Part shown: one piece after another, positions 40,753-50,531 of the stretch
Layout: each line of letters opens with the position of its first letter
Numbering within the stretch: the stretch's first letter is position 1
Assembly (NCBI GenBank): GCA_963754955.1
Contig: CAVWHY010000003.1
Coordinates: 13,576 to 77,575 of the forward strand
Origin: an uncultured Acidobacteriota bacterium
Lineage (GTDB): Bacteria; Acidobacteriota; Vicinamibacteria; Vicinamibacterales; CAVVIG01
Direction of reading: 5' to 3'
Length of the DNA: 64,000 nucleotides
The notes under the pieces: generated by a model
Told to the model about the DNA's origin: nothing
What the model saw: the letters and a program-made list of their open reading frames with translations, nothing else
Database searches by the model: none
Position numbers and translations under genes: made by a program

Positions 40753-40800
40753 GTAGCATCCGGCGTCGGCCGGACGTCTGCCGGAGGGCGGGACGCTACG
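40753..40800. repeat. degenerate third copy (inverted orientation) of the GTAGCG...CGCTAC double-hairpin element
   Basis: The reverse complement reads GTAGCGTCCCGCCCTCCGGCAGACGTCCGGCCGACGCCGGATGCTAC. It has the same GTAGCGTCC start, two stem-loops and a GCTAC end. Located in the ssb-ybgF spacer. Confidence 0.4.
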
Positions 40801-40834
40801 GATTGGAGAGACGACGCATTCTACATCGTCTGCG

Positions 40835-41731
40835 TCAGGGCTTCGCGGTGCCGAGCGCCTGTTTGGCCAGGCTGGCGGCGGCGCTGTCCGGATAGGTCTT
40901 GACGACGGTGTCCCAGGCTTCGCGCGCGCGATCCAGTTGCCGCAGGTTCCGGAGCGCCACACCCTTCAGGTAGTACGCGTCGGGAATCGAGTTGCTCATG
41001 GGGTACGTGCGGATCACCTTGTCGAACGCTTCGACCGCTTTGTCGTTCTTGGCGTCCTGGAGATACGACCGCCCGATCAGGAACTGCGCATCGTCGGCCT
41101 GATCGTGTTTGGGGAAATCGCGGATGAAGGCCGTGAACCCGTCGACGGCGAGGTCGTAGAGGCCGGCGGCGTAGTCGCCGTACGCCTGTTCCCAGGCCTT
41201 CGTCGGCGACGTGCCGATCGCCGTCGCTGCCGGAGCGGCGGGCGACGGCGGCGCCGCGCCATTGGTGGTCGTCTGGACCGGTGCGGGCGGCAGCGCCGGC
41301 CCCCCGTTCGGATCCACCACGACCGGCGGCGCGACGGGCCGCGCCAGCGCCTGCTGCACCAGCTGGCGCAACGCGTCCACTTCCTGCGAGAGCGAACCGA
41401 CACGGACGTTGTTGTCGTCCACCTTCTCGCGGACGACGCCGAGATCTTTTGTCAGGTTGTCGATCAGGAGCTTCTCGTCTGCGAATGCCTTCCGGTTCAC
41501 ATCGGCCTGCTGCTCGAGGCGGGCATTGACCGCCTTGATGGCTTCCGCGAGCGTGCCGAGAGTGTTCTGCAGCAGCTGCGCCTGCTCCTGCAGCATCCGC
41601 AGGTCGGCCATCAGCTGCTGGTGTTCCTTGTTCGCGGCCGCGGCGGGCCGCGCCGTAGCCACCGACAGCCCCACGGTCAGCGCCAGCACCACGGACGTCC
41701 GGAAGAATCGACTCGTCATGACTACACTCAT
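40835..41731 (-). CDS. cpoB: Tol-Pal system protein YbgF/CpoB
   Basis: ATG 41731 overlaps the pal stop (ATGA). Signal peptide, an N-terminal coiled coil ([18 protein letters not shown]...) and a C-terminal TPR block ([35 protein letters not shown]...). Confidence 0.8.
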   Translation of the reverse strand: MSVVMTSRFFRTSVVLALTVGLSVATARPAAAANKEHQQLMADLRMLQEQAQLLQNTLGTLAEAIKAVNARLEQQADVNRKAFADEKLLIDNLTKDLGVVREKVDDNNVRVGSLSQEVDALRQLVQQALARPVAPPVVVDPNGGPALPPAPVQTTTNGAAPPSPAAPAATAIGTSPTKAWEQAYGDYAAGLYDLAVDGFTAFIRDFPKHDQADDAQFLIGRSYLQDAKNDKAVEAFDKVIRTYPMSNSIPDAYYLKGVALRNLRQLDRAREAWDTVVKTYPDSAAASLAKQALGTAKP

Positions 41732-42319
41732 TTCGCCGTGATGACGAAGTGCGCGCGGCGGTTCTTGGCCCACGCACTGTCATCGTGGCCCGGATCGAAC
41801 GGGAACTCCTTGCCGTAGCTGACCGTCTTCAGTCGGTCGGCCGGAATCCCGAGTGATACGAGATACGCGCGCGCGGCAATCGCGCGCCGTTCTCCCAATG
41901 CCAGATTGTACTCGGCCGTGCCGCGTTCGTCGCAGTGTCCTTCGATGGTTACGACCCAGCCCGGATAACGTTTCATCAGGGGCGCGTTAGCCTCCAGCAC
42001 GGCCTTGGCGGCCGCGTCGATCTCGCTGCTGTCGAGCGCGAAAAACACCGGCCGGAGCGGAGAGTTGCGGTTGAGCTCGTCGAGCGACGCCGACGCAATC
42101 GCATCGTCTCTGACTGGTTCCGGTGGAACGGTGGTCGGCTCAACCGACGGCCGCGGCGGCGCCGGCGGGCCGTGAAGCGGGCGGAGGTGCCGGCGCGGCG
42201 TTCGCCACGGGCGGCGGAGGGGGCAGCGGCCGCGCCACGGGCGGCTTCTTGCCGCCACATCCAAGAGCGACGACCGTGGTCGCCATCAGCACGAACAGCG
42301 CGGGCTTTGCAATCGACAT
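41728..42319 (-). CDS. pal: peptidoglycan-associated lipoprotein Pal (OmpA-like), one frame break in the Pro-rich linker (42140-42264)
   Basis: The lipobox N-terminus [23 protein letters not shown] is in ORF 42140..42331. The OmpA_C domain (FFALDSSEI...[22 protein letters not shown]...NRRAHFVI) is in ORF 41728..42264. The span is 3n+1. Confidence 0.85.
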
Positions 42320-42332
42320 CGTATGCTCCATC

Positions 42333-43688
42333 CTATCTGGACCAGTCGGGCTGGTAATTGTTGCCGGTCCGTGTCACCTGTTTCAGGTTTCTGCCGTCCC
42401 GGGTAATCGTGAAGATCTGCGCCTTGCCGGCCCGTGTCGACATGAACGCGATGTGCCGGCCGTTGGGCGCGTACGACGGGCTTTCGTTGCTGCCTTCGCC
42501 GAACGTGAGCTGCTTCACGGTGCGGTTCCCGACGTCGATGATCTTGATGTCGAACCCGGGACCGTTGCGCGACGCGAAGGCGATTTCGTTGTACGGTGCG
42601 GGCGACCACGTCGGCCGGTCCGCATACGACTCGGACGTGAGGCGCTGCACGGCCCCGAGCCCGTCCGCCGCCACCAGGTAGATCTGCGGCGATCCCGATC
42701 GGTCGGACGTGAACGCGATCTGGGTGCCGGAGGGCGCCCAGGTCGGCGTCGAGTCGATCGCCGGGTGGTTCGTAATCCGCCGCACGTTCGATCCATCGCG
42801 GTTGGCGACGTAAATCTCCGAGTTGCCGTCCCGGGTCGACGTAAACGCGACGCGGGTGCCGTCCGGCGACCAGGCGGGCAGCCAGCTCTCGCCGACACCC
42901 TTGGTGACCTCCTCGAAGATGCCGTCGTAGATGTGCGACACGAAAATGCTCGGCGGCCCGCGGCGGTACGAGGTGTAGGCGAGCGACCGCGCATCGGGCG
43001 ACCACGCAGGGTTGATGTTCAGCGTCCGGTTGGTCGTCACGCGGCGCTGGTTTTCGCCGTCGTAATCGGCCGTGTAGATTTCCTTCACGCCCCGGCTCTC
43101 GACCGTGCCCGACATGCGTTCGCCGTCGCGGTCGGAATCAAACGCCAGCTTGGTGCGGGCGACGCCGCGCAGGGCGCGCTGCTGCAGATGGATGTCGTCC
43201 GAGATCGTGTGCGCGTAGAGGCGCGCGTTGGACGATCCGCTGTACTCCTTGCCGAAGACCTGCCGCTTTTGCCGGACGTCGAACAGCCGCACCTGGATCT
43301 GGAAGCCGTTGCCGAGCTTCTGCACCGTGCCGACGATGACGCCGTCGGCGTTGAGCTCGCGCCAGCGGTCGAACGGCACGTCGTCGAACGACTTGGCCGC
43401 GGGAACCGTCGCGTAGACATCGCGCGGGATGAACGCGAACTCGCGCTCGAAGTTGAGATCGTCCCACAGGACGTCGCCGATCGTTCGGGCGATGGCGGTC
43501 GTCTCGGCATCGGACGACAGCGCGATGAACGGCGGCACCGCAAAACGCGGCGGCGTGCCGCTGCCCTCGCCGCTGATCGTGGTCGCGACGTCGGTCGGCT
43601 GCTGCGGGGGCGGGGTTTGCGGACGGGCGCCGATCGCGAGGCCGAGTCCCGCGACGAGAGCCAGGGTGAGCAGGGCAGTGGATTTCAT
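42333..43688 (-). CDS. tolB: Tol-Pal system beta-propeller protein TolB
   Basis: 451 aa. Signal peptide, a TolB N-domain, then repeated ...PAWSPDG..IAF.S.R.G...IY propeller blades. Confidence 0.9.
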   Translation of the reverse strand: MKSTALLTLALVAGLGLAIGARPQTPPPQQPTDVATTISGEGSGTPPRFAVPPFIALSSDAETTAIARTIGDVLWDDLNFEREFAFIPRDVYATVPAAKSFDDVPFDRWRELNADGVIVGTVQKLGNGFQIQVRLFDVRQKRQVFGKEYSGSSNARLYAHTISDDIHLQQRALRGVARTKLAFDSDRDGERMSGTVESRGVKEIYTADYDGENQRRVTTNRTLNINPAWSPDARSLAYTSYRRGPPSIFVSHIYDGIFEEVTKGVGESWLPAWSPDGTRVAFTSTRDGNSEIYVANRDGSNVRRITNHPAIDSTPTWAPSGTQIAFTSDRSGSPQIYLVAADGLGAVQRLTSESYADRPTWSPAPYNEIAFASRNGPGFDIKIIDVGNRTVKQLTFGEGSNESPSYAPNGRHIAFMSTRAGKAQIFTITRDGRNLKQVTRTGNNYQPDWSR

Positions 43689-44476
43689 CGTTGATACTGG
43701 AAATTCAAATGGACGGTGAGCGTGGGATTGGGAAACGCGGGGGGCAGCGCGACGAGCTGACGCGTAACCATCACGGCGCGCTGCGCGTTCTGATCGAGCG
43801 ACAGCGTGCCGCTCGAGCGTTCGACGGTGGTGTCGGTCAGGCGGCCGTCGCGCTGGATGGTGAACTTGACCACCACGACGCCCGGCAGTTCCACCTGCTG
43901 GTTCCAGTTGCTCTTGATCTTCTCCATCATCAGCACGAGGTAGTCCGGGCAGCAGAAATCGGCGACGTCGAGCGTCGAGCCGGAACCCGCGCCGCCACCC
44001 GTCGAGAGGCCGAAGCCCTGTCCGCGCGCGCCCGTGTCGGCGACGGCGTTGCCGGGCCGGATTTCCTCGCCGCGGGTCAGCGCCTTGCCGCGCGCGTCCG
44101 GTGTCGTCGTTGGCGGGGGCGGAGGCGCCGGCTTTGCCGGCGTCGTGACGGCCTTGGCCGTCGTTTTCGGCGAGACCATCTCGGGAACCGCCGCCGCCGG
44201 CGGCCGGACCGCCTCCCGCACCGGTGCCGGTTCGGTGGTCTGCACGGGACGCCCGCCGATGGCCGTGAGACCGCCCGACCGCGGGCCGTCGCCGGCTCCG
44301 CCGAGCGAGATCGTCATCACCGATTTCGGCCGCTCGACCGGGGTGCTGAGCCGGTGAAACGGCCCGAACAGGAGGAACGCCATCACCGCACCGTGCACGG
44401 CGAGGGAGATCGCCGCCATCCTGGCGAGGCCATCGGGTTCCTGCCGCCGATCCCGCAGTACATCAGTGACGTCCAT
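43685..44476 (-). CDS. TonB-family C-terminal-domain protein in the TolA position
   Basis: 263 aa. One TM (AAISLAVHGAVMAFLLFGPF), a Pro/Ala-rich spacer and a TonB_C-like end (VVVKFTIQRDGRLTDTTVERSSG). Lies between tolR and tolB. Confidence 0.7.
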   Translation of the reverse strand: MDVTDVLRDRRQEPDGLARMAAISLAVHGAVMAFLLFGPFHRLSTPVERPKSVMTISLGGAGDGPRSGGLTAIGGRPVQTTEPAPVREAVRPPAAAVPEMVSPKTTAKAVTTPAKPAPPPPPTTTPDARGKALTRGEEIRPGNAVADTGARGQGFGLSTGGGAGSGSTLDVADFCCPDYLVLMMEKIKSNWNQQVELPGVVVVKFTIQRDGRLTDTTVERSSGTLSLDQNAQRAVMVTRQLVALPPAFPNPTLTVHLNFQYQR

Positions 44477-44482
44477 CGGCGC

Positions 44483-44944
44483 TCAGCGCTCACTCGACAC
44501 GCTGGTTTCAATGCCCACGTGCTCCACGCCGGCCGCTTTCAGCAGCGAAAACACTTCCATCAGTTCGCCGAGGTTCAGGCGGCGATCGCCGCCAAGGAAG
44601 ACGTCCTTCTTGGCCGCGGTCTCCATTTTCTGCCGGACGCGCTCCTGGAGGACTGCCGCGCGCACGGGCTCGCGTCCGAGAAACACAATCTTGTTCTGCC
44701 GGTAATCGATTGGCACCGTGATCTCGATCCGATCCCCGGGCATCTGCTGCGCGTTCCTGGCGACCGGCAGGTTCACGTCCACGCCACGCTGAATCATGGG
44801 CGCCGCCACCATGAAGATGATGAGGAGCACCAGCATGACGTCGACCATCGGGACCACGTTGATCTCCGACAGCGAGGTCGCGACACGGCGGCCCCGGCCG
44901 TGGCGGCCCTGCGAGGGCGCGTCGTTTCCGTTGACCTTCGGCAC
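44483..44944 (-). CDS. tolR: biopolymer transport protein TolR/ExbD
   Basis: 153 aa: EINVVPMVDVMLVLLIIFMV, then the periplasmic domain. Confidence 0.85.
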   Translation of the reverse strand: MPKVNGNDAPSQGRHGRGRRVATSLSEINVVPMVDVMLVLLIIFMVAAPMIQRGVDVNLPVARNAQQMPGDRIEITVPIDYRQNKIVFLGREPVRAAVLQERVRQKMETAAKKDVFLGGDRRLNLGELMEVFSLLKAAGVEHVGIETSVSSER

Positions 44945-44946
44945 GG

Positions 44947-45699
44947 TTAGGTGAAATTCCGTTCGGCGATGTTCAGGAACTCCATCGCGAAGTCGTCCAT
45001 CTCCGACGCGAACAACTTCACGCGCTGCGTCAGCAGGTTGTAGTAAAAAACGGCCGGAATCGCGGCCACCAGACCCATCGCCGTCGCTACCAGCGCATCG
45101 GCAATCGGCCGCGCGACGACGCTGAGGTTCGTTGACCCGGTCTGCGCAATTCCTTCAAACGCCATGAGAATGCCGACGACGGTGCCGAACAGGCCGATGA
45201 ACGGTGTGATGCTCGCCGTGGTGGCCAGGAACGACACGCGATGCTCGAGCTTGTTGACCTCGACGACCGACGCGCGCATCAGCGCGCGATCGACCGCGGT
45301 GAGGCTCTTGAGAGTAGGACGCGCGGCGGGACTGCGTGGATTGGACCCCGTCGTCGTTTCCGCCGCCGGCGTGTTCTGCCGGAGCTGCGCGGTCAATTCG
45401 GCGTAGCCGGCCTGGAACAGGCCGACGAGCGGGCTTTCCTTGAGCGAGCCGCAGACGGCCTGCACTTCCGAGAACTTGTTGCTGCGGCGGAAGACGTCGA
45501 TGAACGTCGTTGACTGGCGCACGAGGCGCCGGAACATCCACAGCTTATAGAAGGTGATGCCCCATGACGCGATCGAAAACGCCGCGAGGATGAGAAGGAC
45601 GGCCTTCGAAATGGTGCTGGAGTTCGCGAGAATCTCCAGCAGGGCCGTTCCAGTGTTCGCAGGTGCAGCATTCTCAGGACCCTGCAGCAGCAGGGCCAT
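44947..45699 (-). CDS. tolQ: MotA/TolQ/ExbB proton-channel protein
   Basis: Part of ORF 44947..45837. The likely start is the internal ATG at 45699 (MALLLQGPEN...). Three TMs and the conserved ...PFIGLFGTVVGILMAF... motif. Confidence 0.85.
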   Translation of the reverse strand: MALLLQGPENAAPANTGTALLEILANSSTISKAVLLILAAFSIASWGITFYKLWMFRRLVRQSTTFIDVFRRSNKFSEVQAVCGSLKESPLVGLFQAGYAELTAQLRQNTPAAETTTGSNPRSPAARPTLKSLTAVDRALMRASVVEVNKLEHRVSFLATTASITPFIGLFGTVVGILMAFEGIAQTGSTNLSVVARPIADALVATAMGLVAAIPAVFYYNLLTQRVKLFASEMDDFAMEFLNIAERNFT

Positions 45700-45895
45700 G
45701 ACTAGAGTTCCGGCCGTTCGCAAACGGGCCTCCGCGACATCGAGTTCGTGCGCCGCTGGGACAGCGCTGGGCCGGGGTGGGAGTTCCGGCGATTGCCCCG
45801 GGGCGGGGGAGCCCCAAGGTGTGCAAAACTGTAGCACGGTGTAAAAGAGCTGTCAAACCTATGTTACGATTGAACTTCTCGGTCTTTTTGCCCCC

Positions 45896-47659
45896 ATGCT
45901 TCGCTTTCTGAGCATCAAGCGCCTCGCTGTAATCGACGCCGCCGAGGTTGAGTTCGAGCCCGGCCTCAACGTGCTCACGGGGGAGACCGGGGCTGGTAAG
46001 TCGATCCTTGTCGAGGCGGTCGGGCTTCTGCTGGGCGGCCGGGCGTCCGGCGACCTCGTTCGCACGGGCGAGGAGGTCGCCACCATTGAGGCGATCTTCG
46101 AATCCGGCGGCGAAGAACTGCTCGTCCGCCGCGAGATCACCGCGCAGGGCCGAAGCCGGGCCTACATCAACGGCGAGCTCGCGACGGCCGGCGCGCTCAA
46201 GGATCTCTCGCGCCGGCTGATCGAGCTTCACGGACAACACGAACACCACACCCTGCTCGATCCAGCGACGCATCTGGACGTGGTGGACAATTTCGGCGGT
46301 CTTGGTCGGTTGACCGAACAGGTGGCTGGCTTGTTCGAGCGATGGCGCACGAGCGGGCAGGAGCTGGCGCGAGCCAGCCGTGCGGTCGCCGAACGCGATG
46401 CGAGGCAGGAACTTGTGGCGTTCCAGCTCGCGGAACTCGACCGCGCGGCCGTCGCCTCAGCCGAGGAGGATGCCGAACTTGGCGCGGTCCGCCAGGTGCT
46501 GGCCAACGCGGAGCGTGTCGAGCGGCTCTGCGAGGAAGCGTACGCGTCCTTATATGAAAGCGACGGCGCCGCGCTGGCGACCCTGGGCCAGGTCTGGCGC
46601 CGCGTCTCAGACCTGGCCGCGCTCGACCCGGCTTTCCAGCCGTATGTCGACGCTCGCGACGGCATCAAGTCCCAGCTCGAAGACCTGGCGCTGTTTTTAC
46701 GTCGGTACGCGGACGGCATCGAGGCGTCGCCCGCCAGGTTGCAGCACATCGAGGAGCGCCTGGCGCTGTTCGACCGCCTGAAACGCAAATACGGGCCGAC
46801 GCTGGCCGAGTGCATTGCGCGGCGCGAGGCATTGCGGCGCGAGCTGGCCGAACTCGAAGGCGGGGACCAGCGGTTGTTGGAGCTCGGTCGCGCGCAGGCC
46901 GGCTTGCGGCAGGAGTTTCTGGCATCCGCGGAATCGCTGGCGGCGGCGCGGCGGCGCGCGGCGGCGACGTTCGCGCGCGGCATGGAGGAATTGGCCGCCG
47001 AACTCGCCATGGAACGGACGCGCTTCGAGGTCCGGTTCGGCGAACCGCTGGCCGAGGGCGCCTGGTCGGCCCGCGGTATCGACGCGGCGGAATTCTATGT
47101 CTCGCCAAATCCGGGCGAGGAACTGCGGCCGCTGGCCCGTATCGTGTCCGGCGGAGAACTGTCGCGGCTGATGCTGGCGATCAAGTCCCTGACCGCGACG
47201 TCCAGGGCGGGCTGGACGGACGCGGCCGACCGGCCGCCGAGCGGCGTGGCGCCGGGGTTGATCTTCGATGAAGTCGACGCGGGCATCGGCGGACGCGTCG
47301 CTGAAGTGGTCGGCCGAAAGCTTCGGGCGCTCGGATCGGCCTTTCAGGTACTCTGCATCACGCACCTGCCTCAGATTGCGGCGTGCGCCGACACGCACTT
47401 CGCGATCGAGAAACGGGTGGAGCACGGCCGCACGCGCACGTCGGTGACGCGGCTCGATCTGCCGGGGCGTGTGGAAGAACTCGGTCGGATGCTGGGAGGC
47501 GCGACGGTCACCGACGGGCTGCGGGCTTCGGCACGTGAGATGCTGGCGAATCGCCAGGCGTCCGCAGTCGCGCCTGCCGGGTCGCGAAAGGCGAAAGGCG
47601 AATCGACGTCGAAAGGCGAAAGCGAAAGAGCGAAAGCGAAGGGTGGGCGTGGCGCGTAA
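45896..47659 (+). CDS. recN: DNA repair protein RecN
   Basis: 587 aa. MLRFLSIKRLAVIDAAEVEFEPGLNVLTGETGAGKSILV (Walker A), a long coiled coil, then LSRLMLAIK...FDEVDAGIGG. The last ~25 codons are encoded by the GCGAAAG repeat tract. Confidence 0.9.
   Translation: MLRFLSIKRLAVIDAAEVEFEPGLNVLTGETGAGKSILVEAVGLLLGGRASGDLVRTGEEVATIEAIFESGGEELLVRREITAQGRSRAYINGELATAGALKDLSRRLIELHGQHEHHTLLDPATHLDVVDNFGGLGRLTEQVAGLFERWRTSGQELARASRAVAERDARQELVAFQLAELDRAAVASAEEDAELGAVRQVLANAERVERLCEEAYASLYESDGAALATLGQVWRRVSDLAALDPAFQPYVDARDGIKSQLEDLALFLRRYADGIEASPARLQHIEERLALFDRLKRKYGPTLAECIARREALRRELAELEGGDQRLLELGRAQAGLRQEFLASAESLAAARRRAAATFARGMEELAAELAMERTRFEVRFGEPLAEGAWSARGIDAAEFYVSPNPGEELRPLARIVSGGELSRLMLAIKSLTATSRAGWTDAADRPPSGVAPGLIFDEVDAGIGGRVAEVVGRKLRALGSAFQVLCITHLPQIAACADTHFAIEKRVEHGRTRTSVTRLDLPGRVEELGRMLGGATVTDGLRASAREMLANRQASAVAPAGSRKAKGESTSKGESERAKAKGGRGA
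47584..47642. repeat. period-6/7 direct tandem units (GCGAAAG)
   Basis: GCGAAAG GCGAAAG GCGAATCGACGTC GAAAG GCGAAA GCGAAAG AGCGAAA GCGAAG at the recN 3' end / miaB 5' junction. No complementary arm seen. Confidence 0.6.
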
Positions 47660-49032
47660 GTACCTGATCGAAACGTTCGGCTGCCAGATGAACTTCCACG
47701 ACTCCGAGCGCATGGCTGGACTCCTGGAGCAGGCCGGCTTCGAGGCCGCTGCCGAGGCCGCCGACGCCGACGTCGTGGTCATCAACACCTGCAGCGTTCG
47801 CGAGCGCGCCGAGGAGAAGCTGTACACCCGCCTCGGCGAGCTTCGCCAGCTCGCCGAAGAACAGGGGCACGACCCGATTGTGGCGGTTGCCGGTTGCGTG
47901 GCGCAGCAGGAAGGCGCGGCCATCTTCAAGCGGTCGCCCGGCGTGACGAATGTGGTGATCGGAACCCAGGCCATTCGCCGGCTCCCGATGCTCGTGGAGC
48001 AGGCCGCGGAACACCGCCGTACGCCTCTGCTCGATCTCAACCCGTACGACGATGTAACGTTTCCGCTCGGGGTGACGAGGCGGGACGACCCGGTGAAGGC
48101 GTATGTCACCATCATCGAAGGCTGCAACGATTTCTGCAGCTTCTGCGTCGTACCGTATACGCGAGGGCACGAGCGCATGCGCGCGAAGGCAGACATCGTG
48201 GCGGAGGTCCGGGAGGCCGCGGCGAACGGCCGGCGCGAAGTGCAGCTGCTCGGCCAGATCGTGAACCATTACGCGGCACCGGACGACCCGGGCTGCGATT
48301 TCACCGGCCTGCTCGAGGCGGTGCATGACGTCGAAGGCGTCGAGCGTATCCGGTTCGCCAGCCCGCATCCCCGGCACGTGGACGACCGGTTCATCGACGC
48401 GATGCAGCGGCTGCCCAAGGTCTGCCGTCACCTCCACCTGCCGGTGCAGTCCGGCTCGACAAGCGTCCTGCACGCGATGCGGCGGCGCTACACCCGGGAG
48501 GCGTACCTGTCGCTGATCGAGCGCATCCGGGAGCGCCTGCCGGAAGTGGCGCTCTCGACCGATATGATCGTCGGGTTTCCAACCGAGACGGAAGCCGATT
48601 TCGAGGACACGCTGACGCTGACGGCCGCCGTGGGCTATCACAGCATGTTCTCCTTCAAGTACTCGCCGCGTCCGAATACGCTGGCCGAGCAGCGGCTGCC
48701 GGACGTGGTGAGCGAGGACGAGAAGACGCGGCGGATCGTGGCGCTGCAGGCGCTGCAGCGGGAGATTCAGGGCGGCCTGAACGCGCGCCTCGTCGGTCGG
48801 ACGGTGGATGTCCTGGTCGATTCGGGCAGCCGACGGCGGGATACGGAGCTGTCGGGGCGGACGAGCACGAACGTGGTCGTGAACCTGCCCGGGCCCGTTA
48901 TCGTGGGTGGGGCGCCTGATTCCCGTGCAGGTGGAACGGGCCGGCCCGCACAGCGTGTGGGGCCAGGCCGTGGAAATGAATAGAGCCGGCACCGGCGAGG
49001 CCGCGCCCGACGTGATTCAGAGGCTGGGGTGA
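47649..49032 (+). CDS. miaB: tRNA-i6A37 methylthiotransferase MiaB, one frame break (~48890)
   Basis: Within ORF 47469..48983 from GTG 47649: VARKYLIETFGCQMNFHDSE (UPF0004), the radical-SAM CNDFCSFCVVPYTRG motif and a TRAM domain. A MiaB-typical end (WVGRLIPVQVERAGPHSVWGQAV...) is in the next frame and stops at 49030-49032. Confidence 0.9.
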
Positions 49033-49036
49033 CGCC

Positions 49037-49519
49037 ATGCAAATCGAGATGAGCATCAAGGGCCTGATGGTCGATCCCGTGACGAACATGCCGATCGTGA
49101 TCCTGCGGGATCAGGCGGGGCAGAAGGTCCTGCCGATCTGGGTCGGGATGTCGGAAGCGAACGCCATTGCCCTGCAGATCGAGAACATCTCGACGCCGCG
49201 GCCGATGACGCATGACCTGCTCCGGAACGTCATCCACGACCTGAAGGCGAGCGTCCGCAAGATCGTGGTCTGCGACCTCCAGGACAATACGTTTTACGCG
49301 CTCATCTACCTGGCGCTTGGCGGCGAGACGCTGGCCATCGATGCGCGCCCGAGCGACGCGATTGCGCTGGCGCTGCGCACGCGGGCGCCGATTTTCGTCG
49401 AGGAGACCGTCATCGACCATGCGAAGACGGTCGACTTCACGCCGGAGAAGAACGACGCGGACCGGCTGCACAAGTGGCTGGAGAGCCTGGATCCCGACGA
49501 CCTGGGATACAAGATGTAA
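49037..49519 (+). CDS. bifunctional nuclease family protein (DUF151)
   Basis: 160 aa: GLMVDPVTNMPIVILRDQAGQKVLPIWVGMSEANAIAL...RPMTHDLL...IDARPSDAIALALR. Confidence 0.8.
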   Translation: MQIEMSIKGLMVDPVTNMPIVILRDQAGQKVLPIWVGMSEANAIALQIENISTPRPMTHDLLRNVIHDLKASVRKIVVCDLQDNTFYALIYLALGGETLAIDARPSDAIALALRTRAPIFVEETVIDHAKTVDFTPEKNDADRLHKWLESLDPDDLGYKM

Positions 49520-49645
49520 ACCGTCGGCAGTTCGACAGCCGGCGGTCGACTGCTGGCGGTCCGCAGTCGACAGTCTGCAGTCCACGTCCACAGTCCGCAG
49601 TCGGCCGTCCCGCAGTCGAGTCCACAGTCCACGGTCGACAGTCAT
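49520..49645. repeat. CAGTC(C/G)AC-type tandem units with a 9-bp hairpin
   Basis: GTCGACTGC (49545-49553) / GCAGTCGAC (49563-49571) form a perfect stem. About nine CAGTC-containing units of 6-13 nt follow (CAGTCGAC, CAGTCTG, CAGTCCAC, ...). Located in the spacer between the DUF151 gene and parA. Confidence 0.65.
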
Positions 49646-49775
49646 CGATAGGTCGGCGATAACCGGTCACGGCCGCGCTTGGGCGTCCGTCCAAGCTCAT
49701 CGAATCGTCAGATCCGTGGTTCACACGGCCGCCAACCCTGTTACAATCCTGCTCGTTCCCGCCCCCGGGCCCCTG

Positions 49776-50531
49776 ATGATCGTCGCGATAGCAAACCAGA
49801 AAGGCGGCGTCGGCAAGACGACGACCGCGATCAATCTCGCCGCGGCGCTGGCCATGCGGGGCAAGCGCACGCTGCTCATCGATCTGGACCCCCAGGCCAA
49901 CAGCACGATGTCGTTTCTCGACGTGGCGCCGGGGACGCGGAGCGTGTACGACGCCATCGCCGATCCGGCCGTGCCGCTCGCGGACGTGATCGTGCCGTCG
50001 CCCGTCGAAAATCTGTTCGTCGCGCCGTCCCGCATCGCCCTCGCCAAGCTCGAGGCGAAGCTGGTGGGGGAGATGGACGCGCATTTCCGGCTGAAGGACA
50101 AGCTCGAGCCGCTGCGCAAGACGTATCCGCAGGTCGTGATCGACTGTCCGCCGGCGCTGGGGCTGTTGACGGTGAATGCGCTCGTGGCGGCGACGCACCT
50201 GCTCATCCCGATTCAGTCGTCGTATTTCGCGCTCGAGGGCACGGACGACCTGCTCGAAACGATCGAGAAGGTCCGGGCGCGGCCCAACCCGGCGCTGCGC
50301 ATCCTCGGTGTCGTCATCACGATGCACGACAAGCGGACGGCGCTGGCGCGCGACATCCGGGCGCAGATCCAGAAGGTGTTCGGCGGCAAGGTCTTCAAGA
50401 CCGTCATCACCAAGAGCGTGCGCCTGGAGGAGAGCCCGGCGTACAAGGAGTCCATTTTCACCTTCGCGCCCGAGTCGGCCGGGGCGACGGAGTATTACCG
50501 CCTCTGCGAGGAGGTTATCGATCGTGCCTAG
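49776..50531 (+). CDS. parA: chromosome-partitioning ATPase ParA (Soj-type)
   Basis: Within ORF 49317..50531 from ATG 49776: MIVAIANQKGGVGKTTTAINLAAALA (deviant Walker A), LIDLDPQANST. Confidence 0.9.
   Translation: MIVAIANQKGGVGKTTTAINLAAALAMRGKRTLLIDLDPQANSTMSFLDVAPGTRSVYDAIADPAVPLADVIVPSPVENLFVAPSRIALAKLEAKLVGEMDAHFRLKDKLEPLRKTYPQVVIDCPPALGLLTVNALVAATHLLIPIQSSYFALEGTDDLLETIEKVRARPNPALRILGVVITMHDKRTALARDIRAQIQKVFGGKVFKTVITKSVRLEESPAYKESIFTFAPESAGATEYYRLCEEVIDRA

Noticed and set aside
45851-45875. CTATGTTACGATTGAAC upstream of recN as a possible LexA/SOS box or second dif-like half-site.
   Set aside because: It fits none of the LexA motifs I know (CTGT-N8-ACAG, GAAC-N4-GTTC, GTTC-N7-GTTC) without several mismatches. 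It also lacks the ATAA-N6-TTAT core of a Xer site.
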